A stretch of 64,000 bases of DNA. It comes from Actinomycetes bacterium (GTDB lineage Bacteria; Actinomycetota; JAHEXW01). A program made the translations under genes and the position numbers. The stretch is from NCBI GenBank assembly GCA_023251915.1, contig JAHEXW010000005.1, forward strand, positions 7,549 to 71,548. The letters run 5' to 3'. The notes under the pieces were generated by a model. That model saw nothing but the letters and a program-made list of their open reading frames with translations, was not told the origin of the DNA and did not search any database. Shown piece by piece: positions 19,915 through 30,500 of the stretch; positions within the stretch are counted from its first letter, which is position 1, and every line of letters begins with the position of its first letter.

Positions 19915-20011
19915 TGTTTGGTTCATAGTTCGTGGTTCATAGTTCGTGGTTTTTGGTTCAAGATCTGGGCTTTGTTGTTTCTATGAACTAACGACTAATA
20001 ACTATGAACTG
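19915..20011. repeat. Inverted pair of heptamer tandem arrays (TAGTTCR/TGGTTCA ... TGAACTA)
   Basis: ggttcatagttcgtggttcatagttcgtggtttttggttca ... ctatgaactaacgactaataactatgaact, between panD and nadB. Confidence 0.75.
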
Positions 20012-20014
20012 GTT

Positions 20015-20398
20015 TTAGCAGTCGTCTTCGGGTGGTATCTTGTGCTCGACGTGCGTAATTGTGTTCGCTTCGTCGACAAAGACGACGGTTGGACGGGTTG
20101 TGGCAGCCTCCGCCGCCTCCAGCTGCGCGTAGGCAATGACGATCACAGTATCGCCCACGTGAATGAGGTGCGCGGCCGCGCCGTTTAAGCAAACGATACC
20201 CGATCCTCGTTTACCAGCAATCGCGTAGGTCTCGAGCCGAGCGCCGTTGGTCACGTCAACCACGGCAACCTTTTCGTAAGGCAGGATGCCCGCCGCATCC
20301 AAAAGATCGCGATCCAACGTGATGCTGCCTTGATAGTGCATGTCGGCTTCAGTCACCGTCAGCCGGTGTATTTTTGCCTTAAGCATGGTAAGAAACAC
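20015..20398 (-). CDS. panD: Aspartate 1-decarboxylase
   Basis: [14 protein letters not shown] (G-S cleavage site), TYAI and NGAAA motifs. Confidence 0.97.
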   Translation of the reverse strand: MFLTMLKAKIHRLTVTEADMHYQGSITLDRDLLDAAGILPYEKVAVVDVTNGARLETYAIAGKRGSGIVCLNGAAAHLIHVGDTVIVIAYAQLEAAEAATTRPTVVFVDEANTITHVEHKIPPEDDC

Positions 20399-21255
20399 TA
20401 GGTCTCCTCGATCTCGACAATAATGTTGTCAATCAATCTGGACGTCCCAAAGCGAGCCGCGACGGCCAGCAAGATTTCTCCGGTAAGTATAGACGGCGCT
20501 TCTTGCCCGGCGGCGTTTCGCGCTTCTACATATTCCAGCTTGGCCAGCGGCTCCGCCGTAATATGGTGCTCGACCATCGTAATTATCTTATCACGCGAGC
20601 GTTGACCCGATTCGATGGCGTCCCGGGCCACCCGCAAGGCCTGGTACAAGACAGGTGCGGCGGATCGTTCCGGCGGGCTGAGATAGGCGTTGCGGCTGCT
20701 TAAAGCCAGACCGTCCGGTTCACGCACAATCGGGCAGCCGACAATTTCTGGAACTAACGCCAGATCGCTCGCCATGCGTCGAATGACCGCCAGCTGCTGA
20801 GCGTCTTTCTGCCCGAAATATGCCCGAGCGGGCCGGACAAGGTTGAGCAGAATATCTACGACCGTTGTGACGCCGCGAAAATGGCCCGGTCGGGACGCGG
20901 CGCACATCCCTGACGTCTCGACCCCGACTACATCGATAAAGGTAGAGAATCCCGGCGGATATAATTCCGCCGTCAACGGCGCGAAGATGGCGTCAACGCC
21001 CGCCTCGGCCGCCAGCTCGGTGTCTCGCTCCAGGTCGCGCGGATAGGCCTCGAAATCTTCGCCCGGCGCGAACTGAGTCGGATTTACAAAAATACTCATG
21101 ACGACGATGTCGTTGTCGGCGCGCGCCGTCGCTACCAAGCTCAGATGACCCGCGTGTAAAGACCCCATTGTCGGCACCAACCCGATGGATTTACCGGCGC
21201 GGTGATACGGCGCCAAATACCTGTTTAGGTCTAAAACTGTTTCCAAAACTTTCAT
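20398..21255 (-). CDS. panC: Pantoate--beta-alanine ligase
   Basis: [34 protein letters not shown] and RLIDN motifs. Confidence 0.97.
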   Translation of the reverse strand: MKVLETVLDLNRYLAPYHRAGKSIGLVPTMGSLHAGHLSLVATARADNDIVVMSIFVNPTQFAPGEDFEAYPRDLERDTELAAEAGVDAIFAPLTAELYPPGFSTFIDVVGVETSGMCAASRPGHFRGVTTVVDILLNLVRPARAYFGQKDAQQLAVIRRMASDLALVPEIVGCPIVREPDGLALSSRNAYLSPPERSAAPVLYQALRVARDAIESGQRSRDKIITMVEHHITAEPLAKLEYVEARNAAGQEAPSILTGEILLAVAARFGTSRLIDNIIVEIEET

Positions 21256-21803
21256 CGTGTCGTTCCGTCATTGCGGGAAGCCTGTCCTTTAGGCGACGAA
21301 GCAACCTCTCCCGACGCAACCTCCTTTGAAAACAGCCTTACCGAGTCAATGTCCACACCTTTAATGGCCCAGCGAACGGGTTCACCGGTAGGGAATATCG
21401 CGTCCGCGGCCACCTCCAACAGCGGCACGAGCGCGAAAGCCCGCTGCCGCAGCCGTGGGTGCGGCACTTGCAGATCAGGCAGTCTGACCTCGACAATGTC
21501 GTAGAGAAGAATGTCGACGTCTATGACGCGCGGACCCTTGTCGGTTGTTTTGACCCGCCCCATCTCAAGCTCGATTCTCTGCGCCGCGGCCAATAGGTCC
21601 TCCGGCCGCAGGTCGGTCTCAGCGGCGGCGGCGGCGTTTACGAAATCAGGTTGGTCGAGAAAATCGACCGGCGCGGATTCATAAAGGGATGAGACTTGGG
21701 TGATCTTGAGGCCTGCGGACTCGTCTAACAGCCGAATCGCCTTCGCGATGTTAGCGGCCCGGTCTCCCAGATTGGAGCCCAAGCCAAAAATGACGCGTAA
21801 CAT
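21252..21803 (-). CDS. folK: 2-amino-4-hydroxy-6-hydroxymethyldihydropteridine pyrophosphokinase with REP-derived C-terminal tail
   Basis: GLGSNLG, GPRVIDVDIL, PHPR and RAF.LVPL motifs. Confidence 0.95.
   Translation of the reverse strand: MLRVIFGLGSNLGDRAANIAKAIRLLDESAGLKITQVSSLYESAPVDFLDQPDFVNAAAAAETDLRPEDLLAAAQRIELEMGRVKTTDKGPRVIDVDILLYDIVEVRLPDLQVPHPRLRQRAFALVPLLEVAADAIFPTGEPVRWAIKGVDIDSVRLFSKEVASGEVASSPKGQASRNDGTTR
21255..21308. repeat. REP-like repeat inside the folK 3' end
   Basis: tcgtgtcgttcc-gtcattgcg...cgacgaagcaacctc, reverse orientation relative to copies 1-3; read in folK as [18 protein letters not shown]. Confidence 0.75.
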
Positions 21804-21805
21804 GT

Positions 21806-23014
21806 TTAAGCCGTCCGGCCCGCGATCGCGTCCGCAACCTTTACGACCCGTCCCATTTCCTTGACGTCGTGGACACGAACGATGGCCGCTCCGTTCAACA
21901 CCGCCGCGGAAACTGCGGCGGCGGTACCCTCCAATCGCTGATCCACCTCGGTACCCAATATCTTGCCGATGAATGCCTTGCGGCTGGGACCCAGGAGAAC
22001 CGGATAGCCGAGCGCCGTCAATTCACGCAGGCGGCGGATGATTTCCAGGTTATGCTCGGCTGTTTTGCCGAAGCCGATACCCGGATCGATAATGATTTTG
22101 TCGGCGGTAATGCCGGCTGCCAGTGCGACGTCCGCTTGAGTACGCAGATAGTCGGATATCTCTCCCATAACGGACACATATTCAGGGTTCTTCTGCATAT
22201 TGCGCGGCGTGCCTTTGATGTGCATCAGCACTACCGGAACACCGCGTTCAGCGACCAAATCCGCCATGGCTGGGTCGAATGAAAAACCGCTGACATCGTT
22301 GACCAAAGCTGCTCCGGCGTCCAAGGCTGCCCGCGCAATGTCCGCTTTGTACGTGTCGACTGAAATCGGTATGGTCAGCCTGCCCGCCAACGCCTCAATA
22401 ACGGGCAAAACCCTTTGTTTCTCTTCCTCGGCGGTTATCGCCGCGGCACCCGGACGGGTTGATTCGCCACCGATGTCGATAATGTCCGCGCCGTCGGCGG
22501 CAAGTCGCAGTGCCCGCTCAATGGCCGTAGTGGAATCGGCAAAGCGGCCGCCGTCGGAGAACGAGTCGGGTGTAACATTTAAGATCCCCATGACGCATGT
22601 CCGACGGGACAGGGGCAGAGAGAAACCGTTCCAGACGATATCGGCCGGGGGACGTCCGAACGCCTCAAGAGCGCTGTCCAGCTCCTTGCCGACCTGCTTT
22701 AGTCCATACGGTTGCAGTCTAAGGTTCTCGACCAACGTCTTCAGCTGCCGAATTGTGCCCAGCAGAAGAACATCGGTTTCTTTTGACTGAGCCTCCTGGG
22801 CGTCCCACGGAATGGCCGCGTCTCCGCCTCGGGCCAGCATCTCTTGTTTGAGTATGTTGGCGGCCCGCCAATCGACACCGCTCAGCCGGACAACACGCAT
22901 GACCGCCTTGGGAGTCATTATGGCCGCGCCCGCCTTGTCAGACCGGATGGCCGCAATGGCCGCGGCCGCTTCAGATTGATCGGAGATAACTAGAACGCGC
23001 GGATTGAACGTCAT
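21806..23014 (-). CDS. folP: Dihydropteroate synthase with an N-terminal extension of about 130 aa
   Basis: MGILNVTPDSFSDGG, GGESTRPG, DPGIGFGK, SRK and RVHDV motifs; extension contains ANILKQEMLARGGDAA. Confidence 0.95.
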   Translation of the reverse strand: MTFNPRVLVISDQSEAAAAIAAIRSDKAGAAIMTPKAVMRVVRLSGVDWRAANILKQEMLARGGDAAIPWDAQEAQSKETDVLLLGTIRQLKTLVENLRLQPYGLKQVGKELDSALEAFGRPPADIVWNGFSLPLSRRTCVMGILNVTPDSFSDGGRFADSTTAIERALRLAADGADIIDIGGESTRPGAAAITAEEEKQRVLPVIEALAGRLTIPISVDTYKADIARAALDAGAALVNDVSGFSFDPAMADLVAERGVPVVLMHIKGTPRNMQKNPEYVSVMGEISDYLRTQADVALAAGITADKIIIDPGIGFGKTAEHNLEIIRRLRELTALGYPVLLGPSRKAFIGKILGTEVDQRLEGTAAAVSAAVLNGAAIVRVHDVKEMGRVVKVADAIAGRTA

Positions 23015-23015
23015 T

Positions 23016-23591
23016 CTACAGCTGCCTGGAAGATTTGTTGATAAGAGCCAGCACTTCCTGACGGCTGTTAAGTTTGGTTTTGAAGATGCCTCGGACCGCC
23101 GAAGTAACCGTCACTGAGCCCGGTTTGTTGATGCCGCGCATGCTCATGCAAAGATGCTCGGCTTCGATGACCACCATGACGCCGCGGGGGTTCAGGCATG
23201 TCATCAGCGTATCTGCCACTTGAGTGGTCAGTCTCTCCTGGACCTGCAGACGCCGGCTGACAACGTCAACCACACGCGCCAGCTTACTGATACCGGTGAT
23301 CCGGCCGTCGGTCCCGGGTATGTAGGCGACATGCGCTTTGCCGACAAACGGCATGATGTGATGCTCACAGACGGAGTAGAACGGGATATCTTTGACCAAG
23401 ACCATTTCTTCGTGGTTTTCGCCGAACGTCACTTTGAGAACGTCTTGCGGATCTTGACCGATGCCGCGGAAAATCTCCTCATACATAGCGGCTACGCGTT
23501 TCGGTGTGTCGCGTAGACCCTCGCGGCTCAAATCTTCTCCGACACCCTCCAAAAGCAGGCGAACGCCTTGCTCGATCTTAGCCTTATCCAT
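23016..23591 (-). CDS. folE: GTP cyclohydrolase I
   Basis: TPKRV, CEHH, GISKLAR, QVQERLT and HLCMSMRG motifs. Confidence 0.97.
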   Translation of the reverse strand: MDKAKIEQGVRLLLEGVGEDLSREGLRDTPKRVAAMYEEIFRGIGQDPQDVLKVTFGENHEEMVLVKDIPFYSVCEHHIMPFVGKAHVAYIPGTDGRITGISKLARVVDVVSRRLQVQERLTTQVADTLMTCLNPRGVMVVIEAEHLCMSMRGINKPGSVTVTSAVRGIFKTKLNSRQEVLALINKSSRQL

Positions 23592-23593
23592 GT

Positions 23594-25486
23594 CTAGTCC
23601 TTCGGTTTTGGCTTCTTGACCGGCGCCGGTTTGTATGACGGGGCCGACTTAAAGGGAGCGGCCGGCTCGTTCTCGCCGGCGTTACGCTTGCTGCTGTTGT
23701 GACCGAGCAGTTTGTCTAGCTCCTTGCCCTCGACCGTTTCGGACTCGATCAGCTTCTTGGCTATCTTGTCGAGTTTGGGCCGATTCTTGGTCATGATCTT
23801 CTTGGCTTCGTTGTAGGCGTCCTCGATTATGCGCCGTACTTCGGCGTCGATTTCTGACGCAACACGATCAGAGTAGTCCGGGGTGGCGGCGAAGTCGCGA
23901 CCCAGAAAAACCTGGTCCTCTTTGTGACCCAGCGTCATAGGACCTAGCCGATCGCTCATCCCAAATTCGCATACCATCTGACGGGCGATTTTCGTTGCCC
24001 GCTCTAAATCATTTTGCGCTCCGGTCGTAACCTCGTTGAAAACCATCTCTTCCGCGACGCGGCCCGCCAAAAGTTGCGCCAGCTTGTTGTGCAGCTCGGT
24101 CTTGGCGACCAGGTATTTATCCTCTGTCGGCAAAGTGATCGTATAACCTAATGCTTGTCCGCGCGGAATAATGGAAATCTTATGGACTGGATCGGTGAAC
24201 GGCAGTTCGTCGGCTACCAAAGCGTGACCGGTTTCGTGATACGCAATGATCTCCTTCTCGCGATCGCTGATTAGCCTGGTCCGGCGCTCCGGTCCGGCGA
24301 TGACGCGCTCTATGGCTTCCTGCAGTTCCGGCATGTCGATCTCTTTCTTGCCGTGCCGGGCTGCGAGCAGCGCCCCTTCGTTTAGAAGATTAGCGAGATC
24401 AGCGCCCGTAAAACCGGGAGTCGACCGCGCCAGCACGCTGATTTCAATGTTCTTCGCCAACGGTTTATCTTTGGCGTGCACCTTAAGTATTGCCTCACGG
24501 CCGCGAAGATCAGGGCGGTCGGTAACGATCTGCCGGTCGAATCGTCCCGGCCGGAGCAAGGCAGGATCTAAGATGTCCGGGCGATTCGTAGCGGCAATCA
24601 TAATTATGCCCAAACGCGGGTCGAAGCCGTCCATTTCGACCAGCAATTGATTCAAAGTCTGTTCACGTTCGTCGTGGCCGCCGCCCAGACCGGCCCCGCG
24701 CTGGCGTCCGACGGCGTCGATCTCGTCGACGAATATTATGGCCGGAGCGCTGGCTTTGGCCTGGTCGAACAGGTCGCGCACCCGGCTGGCGCCCACGCCG
24801 ACAAACATCTCGACGAAGTCGGAACCGCTGATGTGAAAGAACGGTACGTTTGCCTCGCCGGCGACCGCTTTCGCGAGCAGGGTTTTGCCCGTGCCGGGCG
24901 GGCCATAGAGCAAAATGCCCTTCGGTATCTTGGCGCCCAGCGACTGAAATTTCTTAGGGTTGGCGAGGAACTCCTTGATTTCTTCCAGCTCTTCGACCGC
25001 TTCGTCCAAGCCGGCGACATCGGCAAATGTCGTCTGCGGCATATCTTTGTTAGTCTGCTTCGCCCGGCTCTTGCCGAACGACATGACCTTGTTGCCCCCC
25101 TGGACGTTCCTGATCATTAAGAAATACAGGATGACCATGAAGACGATGAAGATTATGACGATGGGCAGCAGCGAAAGCATATAAGTCACAAGCTCACTGG
25201 GTCTTTGGACTTCTGTCTTGACGCCGTACTTGATCAACAGATCAGCGACCGCATAGTTCTCAGGGTAGCTGACAGTGAACGTCTTTTTGTTCTTTAGCGT
25301 CCCGTCGACTTCGCGAACGCTGTCCAGCACGGTCGCGCTCACAACTTGCTTGGTTTGGACCGCCTTGATGAACTGATTCATGTTATAGGCAAGCGGTTTT
25401 TCAGTTTGGGGGCCGAAGGCCTGGAAAAGTATCACTACGGCTACGAGCACCGCGAACCAGATCAGCAGATTGGAATACTTACGCAT
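23594..25486 (-). CDS. ftsH: ATP-dependent zinc metalloprotease FtsH
   Basis: Two N-terminal TM segments, [25 protein letters not shown] and HETGH. Start set at MRKYSN (ATG 25486, GGAGG RBS). Confidence 0.97.
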   Translation of the reverse strand: MRKYSNLLIWFAVLVAVVILFQAFGPQTEKPLAYNMNQFIKAVQTKQVVSATVLDSVREVDGTLKNKKTFTVSYPENYAVADLLIKYGVKTEVQRPSELVTYMLSLLPIVIIFIVFMVILYFLMIRNVQGGNKVMSFGKSRAKQTNKDMPQTTFADVAGLDEAVEELEEIKEFLANPKKFQSLGAKIPKGILLYGPPGTGKTLLAKAVAGEANVPFFHISGSDFVEMFVGVGASRVRDLFDQAKASAPAIIFVDEIDAVGRQRGAGLGGGHDEREQTLNQLLVEMDGFDPRLGIIMIAATNRPDILDPALLRPGRFDRQIVTDRPDLRGREAILKVHAKDKPLAKNIEISVLARSTPGFTGADLANLLNEGALLAARHGKKEIDMPELQEAIERVIAGPERRTRLISDREKEIIAYHETGHALVADELPFTDPVHKISIIPRGQALGYTITLPTEDKYLVAKTELHNKLAQLLAGRVAEEMVFNEVTTGAQNDLERATKIARQMVCEFGMSDRLGPMTLGHKEDQVFLGRDFAATPDYSDRVASEIDAEVRRIIEDAYNEAKKIMTKNRPKLDKIAKKLIESETVEGKELDKLLGHNSSKRNAGENEPAAPFKSAPSYKPAPVKKPKPKD

Positions 25487-25487
25487 A

Positions 25488-26069
25488 TTACCTCCGAGCT
25501 GCGGCTGTCCGTGACGCCGCGCCATTTTTTCCATTGTTATCGCGCACGACCCGCAGTCTCGCAATGTAAGGCAGATTGCGGAATTGCTGCGCGTAATCTA
25601 AACCATAGCCGACAACGAATTCGTTGGGAATGGCAAAACCGACGTACTTCGCATCCAGGTGAACCTTATCTGTTTCCGGCTTCCTGATTAGCGAACATAT
25701 TTCCAAGCTCGCCGGATGACGAGCTCGCAGACTCTTGTGAAGGTAGTTCAATGTCAGTCCTGAGTCAATTATGTCTTCGACTATAATAACTTCTTTACCA
25801 GTGATATCGGTGTCCAAATCCTTTAATATCCGCACGACACCGCATGATTTTGTACCCGACCCGTAGCTCGAGACTGCCATGAAATCAAACGACACGGGGA
25901 CTGTAAGTTGGCGGCACAGGTCGGAGAGAAAGATAAAGGCGCCCTTTAGAATGCCTACAAGAACAACGGGTCGGCCGGCGTAGTCGCTGTTAATCTCGGC
26001 GGCCAGTTCGGCGACCCTCGCCTTAAGATCGTCTTCCGTTATCAGAATGTCAGAGATTTCCCCGCTCAA
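25488..26069 (-). CDS. hpt: Hypoxanthine phosphoribosyltransferase
   Basis: ILKGAF, VSSYG, IVEDIIDSGLT and FVVGYGLD motifs. Confidence 0.97.
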   Translation of the reverse strand: MSGEISDILITEDDLKARVAELAAEINSDYAGRPVVLVGILKGAFIFLSDLCRQLTVPVSFDFMAVSSYGSGTKSCGVVRILKDLDTDITGKEVIIVEDIIDSGLTLNYLHKSLRARHPASLEICSLIRKPETDKVHLDAKYVGFAIPNEFVVGYGLDYAQQFRNLPYIARLRVVRDNNGKNGAASRTAAARR

Positions 26070-27484
26070 CGGCTTCCTCTCACCAAACTCAGAACCAGGA
26101 TTTTCTTTGTCTTATCGGTAACCTTGAAGTTTTCGTCGATGCAATGACCCGCCACCCAGGCGATGCGGCCATCGATCAAAACAACTGGCTCCCTGTCACG
26201 CAGATCGCGAGTCGTCTTGTCATCTATGAACAAATCGCTGATCAATTTGTGCCCACGCATTCCCAGCGGTTGGATCCGGTCTCCTGGCAATTTCCGCCTG
26301 GCGACTATTGAGCCGGCCGTCAGACTCGCATCCAGCCAAGCGACGTCAGCGCCGGCTGTCTTGTCTAGCTCTTCTGCCGGCACAACCCGCGCATCGATTG
26401 CAAACAGGCCTCCCGACAGCACAGTTAGACCCGGCACAGACAAAATGGTTTCCGAGCCAACCGGCGCGTCGAGCACCGGTTCCGGCGCAGAAACCTTAAT
26501 CACTATAGTATCATACTCCCGCGCCGCCGATAACCCGCCGGGCAGGTCAAGCGCCGCGCCGCTGTTGCCGTTCACGACCTTTGTCAGGATATCATCAACG
26601 TGAGCGAAGCCTAGAGGTTGCGGCTCCCCGGCCGTCCGCAAGGCGGCTAAACGGATCAGCCGCCGCCGGATTGCTAGAGGTTGGGCGAGCAAGGCCGAGC
26701 GGTCTAGAGAAACGACGCCTTCGCCTGGAACAGCCGCGGACGCAAAACTGTCCTCCGCTAGGCCCTGCAGAAGAGTGGCGTCCTCGTTGATCGACTCCAT
26801 CTCCCGGCGCAGCTCGGCGCGAATATTGGGGTTATATTCTGCCTCCAAGAGCGGCAAAAGGCGAAGGCGGACCTTGTTGCGCGTCATATCCGGGATCGCG
26901 TTTGTCTCGTCATGCCGCGGCTCAAGGTTATGCTCCCGGCAGTAAGCCTCGACATCGCCCCTCGTGAGATTGATCAAGGGACGGATTATCAGACCCGCGA
27001 TCGGCTGAATCGACCGCAAACCGTCCAGGCCCGCGCCGCGTAACAAGCGCATCAAGAATGTTTCGACGCAGTCATCCGCTGTGTGGCCGAGAGCGATCTT
27101 CGTCGCGCCTGTATCCTCCGCCACCTGCAGCATAAGCGAGCGGCGGACTCTGCGAGCGCCGTCTTCCGGGCTAACGCCATTGGCCTTGATAAAGGCGGGA
27201 ACGTCAGCGGATAGAACTGTCGCGGGAACCCCCATGGCCCGCGCCGTCTGCGCAACAAACTCGGCATCGGCCGCCCCCGAGTCACCCCTCATTAGGTGGT
27301 TGAGATGAAAGACGTGGAGGGAAATGGGATAGTCAGAGGCGATCCCGGCCAGAATATATAAGAGGGCCAGCGAATCAGGACCGCCGGACACCGCAACCAT
27401 GACCTTATCTCCGGCAGACAGCATATTGTTGGACGCGATAGTGTCTCGGACCAGGTTACTAGGGTTATCTCTAGTATTCATCAT
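26066..27484 (-). CDS. tilS: tRNA(Ile)-lysidine synthetase
   Basis: AVSGGPDS PP-loop, HTADD, RPL and RNKVR motifs; C-terminal TilS domain; tilS-hpt-ftsH synteny. Confidence 0.96.
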   Translation of the reverse strand: MMNTRDNPSNLVRDTIASNNMLSAGDKVMVAVSGGPDSLALLYILAGIASDYPISLHVFHLNHLMRGDSGAADAEFVAQTARAMGVPATVLSADVPAFIKANGVSPEDGARRVRRSLMLQVAEDTGATKIALGHTADDCVETFLMRLLRGAGLDGLRSIQPIAGLIIRPLINLTRGDVEAYCREHNLEPRHDETNAIPDMTRNKVRLRLLPLLEAEYNPNIRAELRREMESINEDATLLQGLAEDSFASAAVPGEGVVSLDRSALLAQPLAIRRRLIRLAALRTAGEPQPLGFAHVDDILTKVVNGNSGAALDLPGGLSAAREYDTIVIKVSAPEPVLDAPVGSETILSVPGLTVLSGGLFAIDARVVPAEELDKTAGADVAWLDASLTAGSIVARRKLPGDRIQPLGMRGHKLISDLFIDDKTTRDLRDREPVVLIDGRIAWVAGHCIDENFKVTDKTKKILVLSLVRGSR

Positions 27485-27586
27485 ACTGATGATTATATCG
27501 TTGACACCCTATTGACCGTAGAGGATATTGAGGTTCATAGGATATTCATAATTGCCGAATGGTAATGTTAACGAAAGGAGTGTACC

Positions 27587-30500
27587 ATGCGCCGAAGCAC
27601 TATCCCCGTTTTGATCACCTTGGCTTTCTACGCACTCGCAATCATGCTGGTGAGCACCGGACGCGGTTTGGCCGCGCAAAACAACCGCGGTATGCAAGCG
27701 GCCCCCGATTCAGGCATGGCTGCCAAACAGAACGGCATGGGCGGCACCGGCACAGGTGTAGCCTATTCCTCGAACAAGACCGCCGGAGCCGGGGCGGCAG
27801 ACCTGATGATGAAACGAACAACACCGGCCGAGCGGCAGGCTGCGGCGGATCGCGCGACAGCGATGCGGCTGCTGTTTCCGCCGAAGCTAAACGCCTCCGG
27901 CGTAATCGCCCAGATTCCATCGGTCGGAACGACTGACTATTTCGGCAACGTCCCGAACTATGCCAATAGTCCTCTGCCTACTGTTCTGACGACTGCGGCC
28001 ACTACGATGGGTGTTGCGTCGATGTGGTCTTTGGGTCCCGCGAACTTCGACGCGACGCGCGCCAAGGCGACTTCAGGCGACTTTAACGGCGATGGCCTCC
28101 AAGACATCGCTTTCATTTACGACTATGGCAACGCCACCAGCCGCATCTGGATACTCGAGTCGAACGGCGCGACCTTCACGCCGATTATGGCCTGGTCGAG
28201 CGGACCAGGTAATTTCGACGCCACGCGAGCTCAGATAACAAGCGGTGATTTTGACAATAACGGACGCACAGACTTAGCGGTCTTATACAACTACGGCGGC
28301 TCGACAAGCCGGCTCTGGGTCTTCAAGTTCGTCGGCACGGCAACGACCATGACACCAACCCTCGGTTGGTACAGCGGCGTCGGTAACTTCGACGCGAGCC
28401 GGGTAACAATGACCAGCGGAACATTTGATATCGATAATCTGGCGGACGTGGCCATGTTGTACGACTACGGTAGTTCGACCTGCCGCCTGTGGACTTTCAA
28501 TTCTAATGGCACGATATTCACGCCTCATATGGCCTGGTATAGCGGACTCGGCAATTTCAATGCCGCAATGGTCAAGATAACGAGCGGTGACTATGACGGC
28601 GGCGGGACCTCCGACGTCGCGATGTTGTACAACTATGGGGCCGCGACAAGCCGCCTTTGGACTTTCTTGTCTAGCGGCTTTACATTTACTCCTCACATGG
28701 CTTGGTCCAGCGGACCGGGTAATTTTGACGCCACACGAGCCAAGATCACCAGTGGCGACTACAACGCCGACAATATATCCGACGTTGCGGCGCTCTACGA
28801 CTACGGGAGCGCGACCAGCCGTATATGGACTTTCTTGTCCAGCGGAACAGCCTTTACGCCCCACATTGCGTGGTTCAGCGGAGCGGGCATGTTTAACGCA
28901 TCCCAAGCAACGTTGATAAACGGAAATATCAGCCTGTTCGGTTCGGCTATAATCCCTATTCTCTATGACTACGGCAACGCTACCAGCAACGTCTGGAACT
29001 TCGGTGCCAACAACTCGATCACGACGGTGACCGCCGGTACGGGCATTAGGAAGTTCGTCGACAAACTGCCCGGCTTAACGCAAGCCGGCGCGAACAATGT
29101 CCTGCAAACCAACGGAGTAGGCCAATATCTGCCGGTGGCGGTGCCTGATCAGGGTACGGCACTGGGCGGCGACTACTACGAAATAGCGGTCGTTCAATAT
29201 ATGGAAAAGCTCCACAGCGACCTGCCGGCCACGCGTCTGCGGGGTTACGTACAGTTGGTGACGCCGGTGAACACCAGCCTGCCGGGCCACCTCCATACAC
29301 CGCTGTTCTATCCGGACGGCGTTACACCCATCATGTACACGCCCGTTCCCGCCGGACCGTCCGTGCAAGCGGTCGCGCTCGACCCACCCAGCTATCTGGG
29401 GCCGACCGTCGTCGCCAACCGCAATGTGCCGGTTCGGGTTAAGTTCTATAACCTTCTGCCCACCGGTGCCGGCGGCGACCTGTTCATTCCGGTCGATGAA
29501 TCCGTCATGGGCGCCGGCATGGCACCAGGCGGCACCGAGACCTACAAGCAGAACAGGGCCGTCATCCACCTGCACGGGGGCGCCACTCCGTGGATAAGCG
29601 ACGGAACGCCGAACCAGTGGATCACACCGGCGGGCGAAACGACGACTTATCCGCAGGGCGTGAGCGTTTACAACGTGCCTGATATGCCGGACCCGGGTCC
29701 CGGTAACGATCGGGATGGTGTAGAAACGATGTTCTACACGAATGACCAAAGCGCACGCCTGATGTTCTACCACGATCACTCATACGGAACGACGCGCTTG
29801 AATGTGTACGCCGGCGAAGCGGCCGGCTACATCCTGCGCGACGCGGAAGAAGCGGCTTTGGTCGGCGGCGGCACAATCGGCGCGACGCCGATCGCCGCAG
29901 GCACTGTCCCGGCCGATGAGATTCCTCTGATCATCCAGGACAAGAGCTTCGTGCCCGACAATACAACGCCGTTCACCAACACGGTCGGCACGTTCGCGTC
30001 ACAGCTGGCCGCGCAAGACCCGACCTGGAATGTTACCGGATGGGGCGCGAAGGGAAGCCTCTGGTTCCCGCATGTTTACATGCCCAACCAGAATCCAGCC
30101 GACCTCACAGGAGGCGCCAACGCCATGGGACGCTGGGACTACGGTCCCTGGTTCTTCCCGCCGCTAACGACAGCGGCCGGCTTGATCAACGGTCCGGTTC
30201 CCAACCCGCTGTTCGGCACAACGCCGCTGGAGGCTTCTGTTAATCCCGGCACGCCGAATCCGTCATTGACGCCGGAGTCCTTCATGGATACACCGCTGGT
30301 CAATGGAACAGCGTATCCTTACGTCCAGGTCGGCAGGAAAGCCTATCGTTTCCGCATCCTGAACGCGTCCAACGATAGGATGCTTAATCTCCAACTGTAT
30401 TACGCCAAGTCAAACACGCCGGACAGCGTCGATGGCGCTGGAAATCCGACTTTGCAGACTAACTCGGGCGAAGTTCCGATGGTACCGGCGGTACCGCATC

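Noticed and set aside
17457-21255. Absence of nadA and panB as evidence for novel pathways
   Set aside because: These genes are often located elsewhere, which cannot be judged from one window.
28020-29010. Periodic DNA similarity resembling a repeat array
   Set aside because: Explained by protein-level FG-GAP-like repeats inside the multicopper oxidase.
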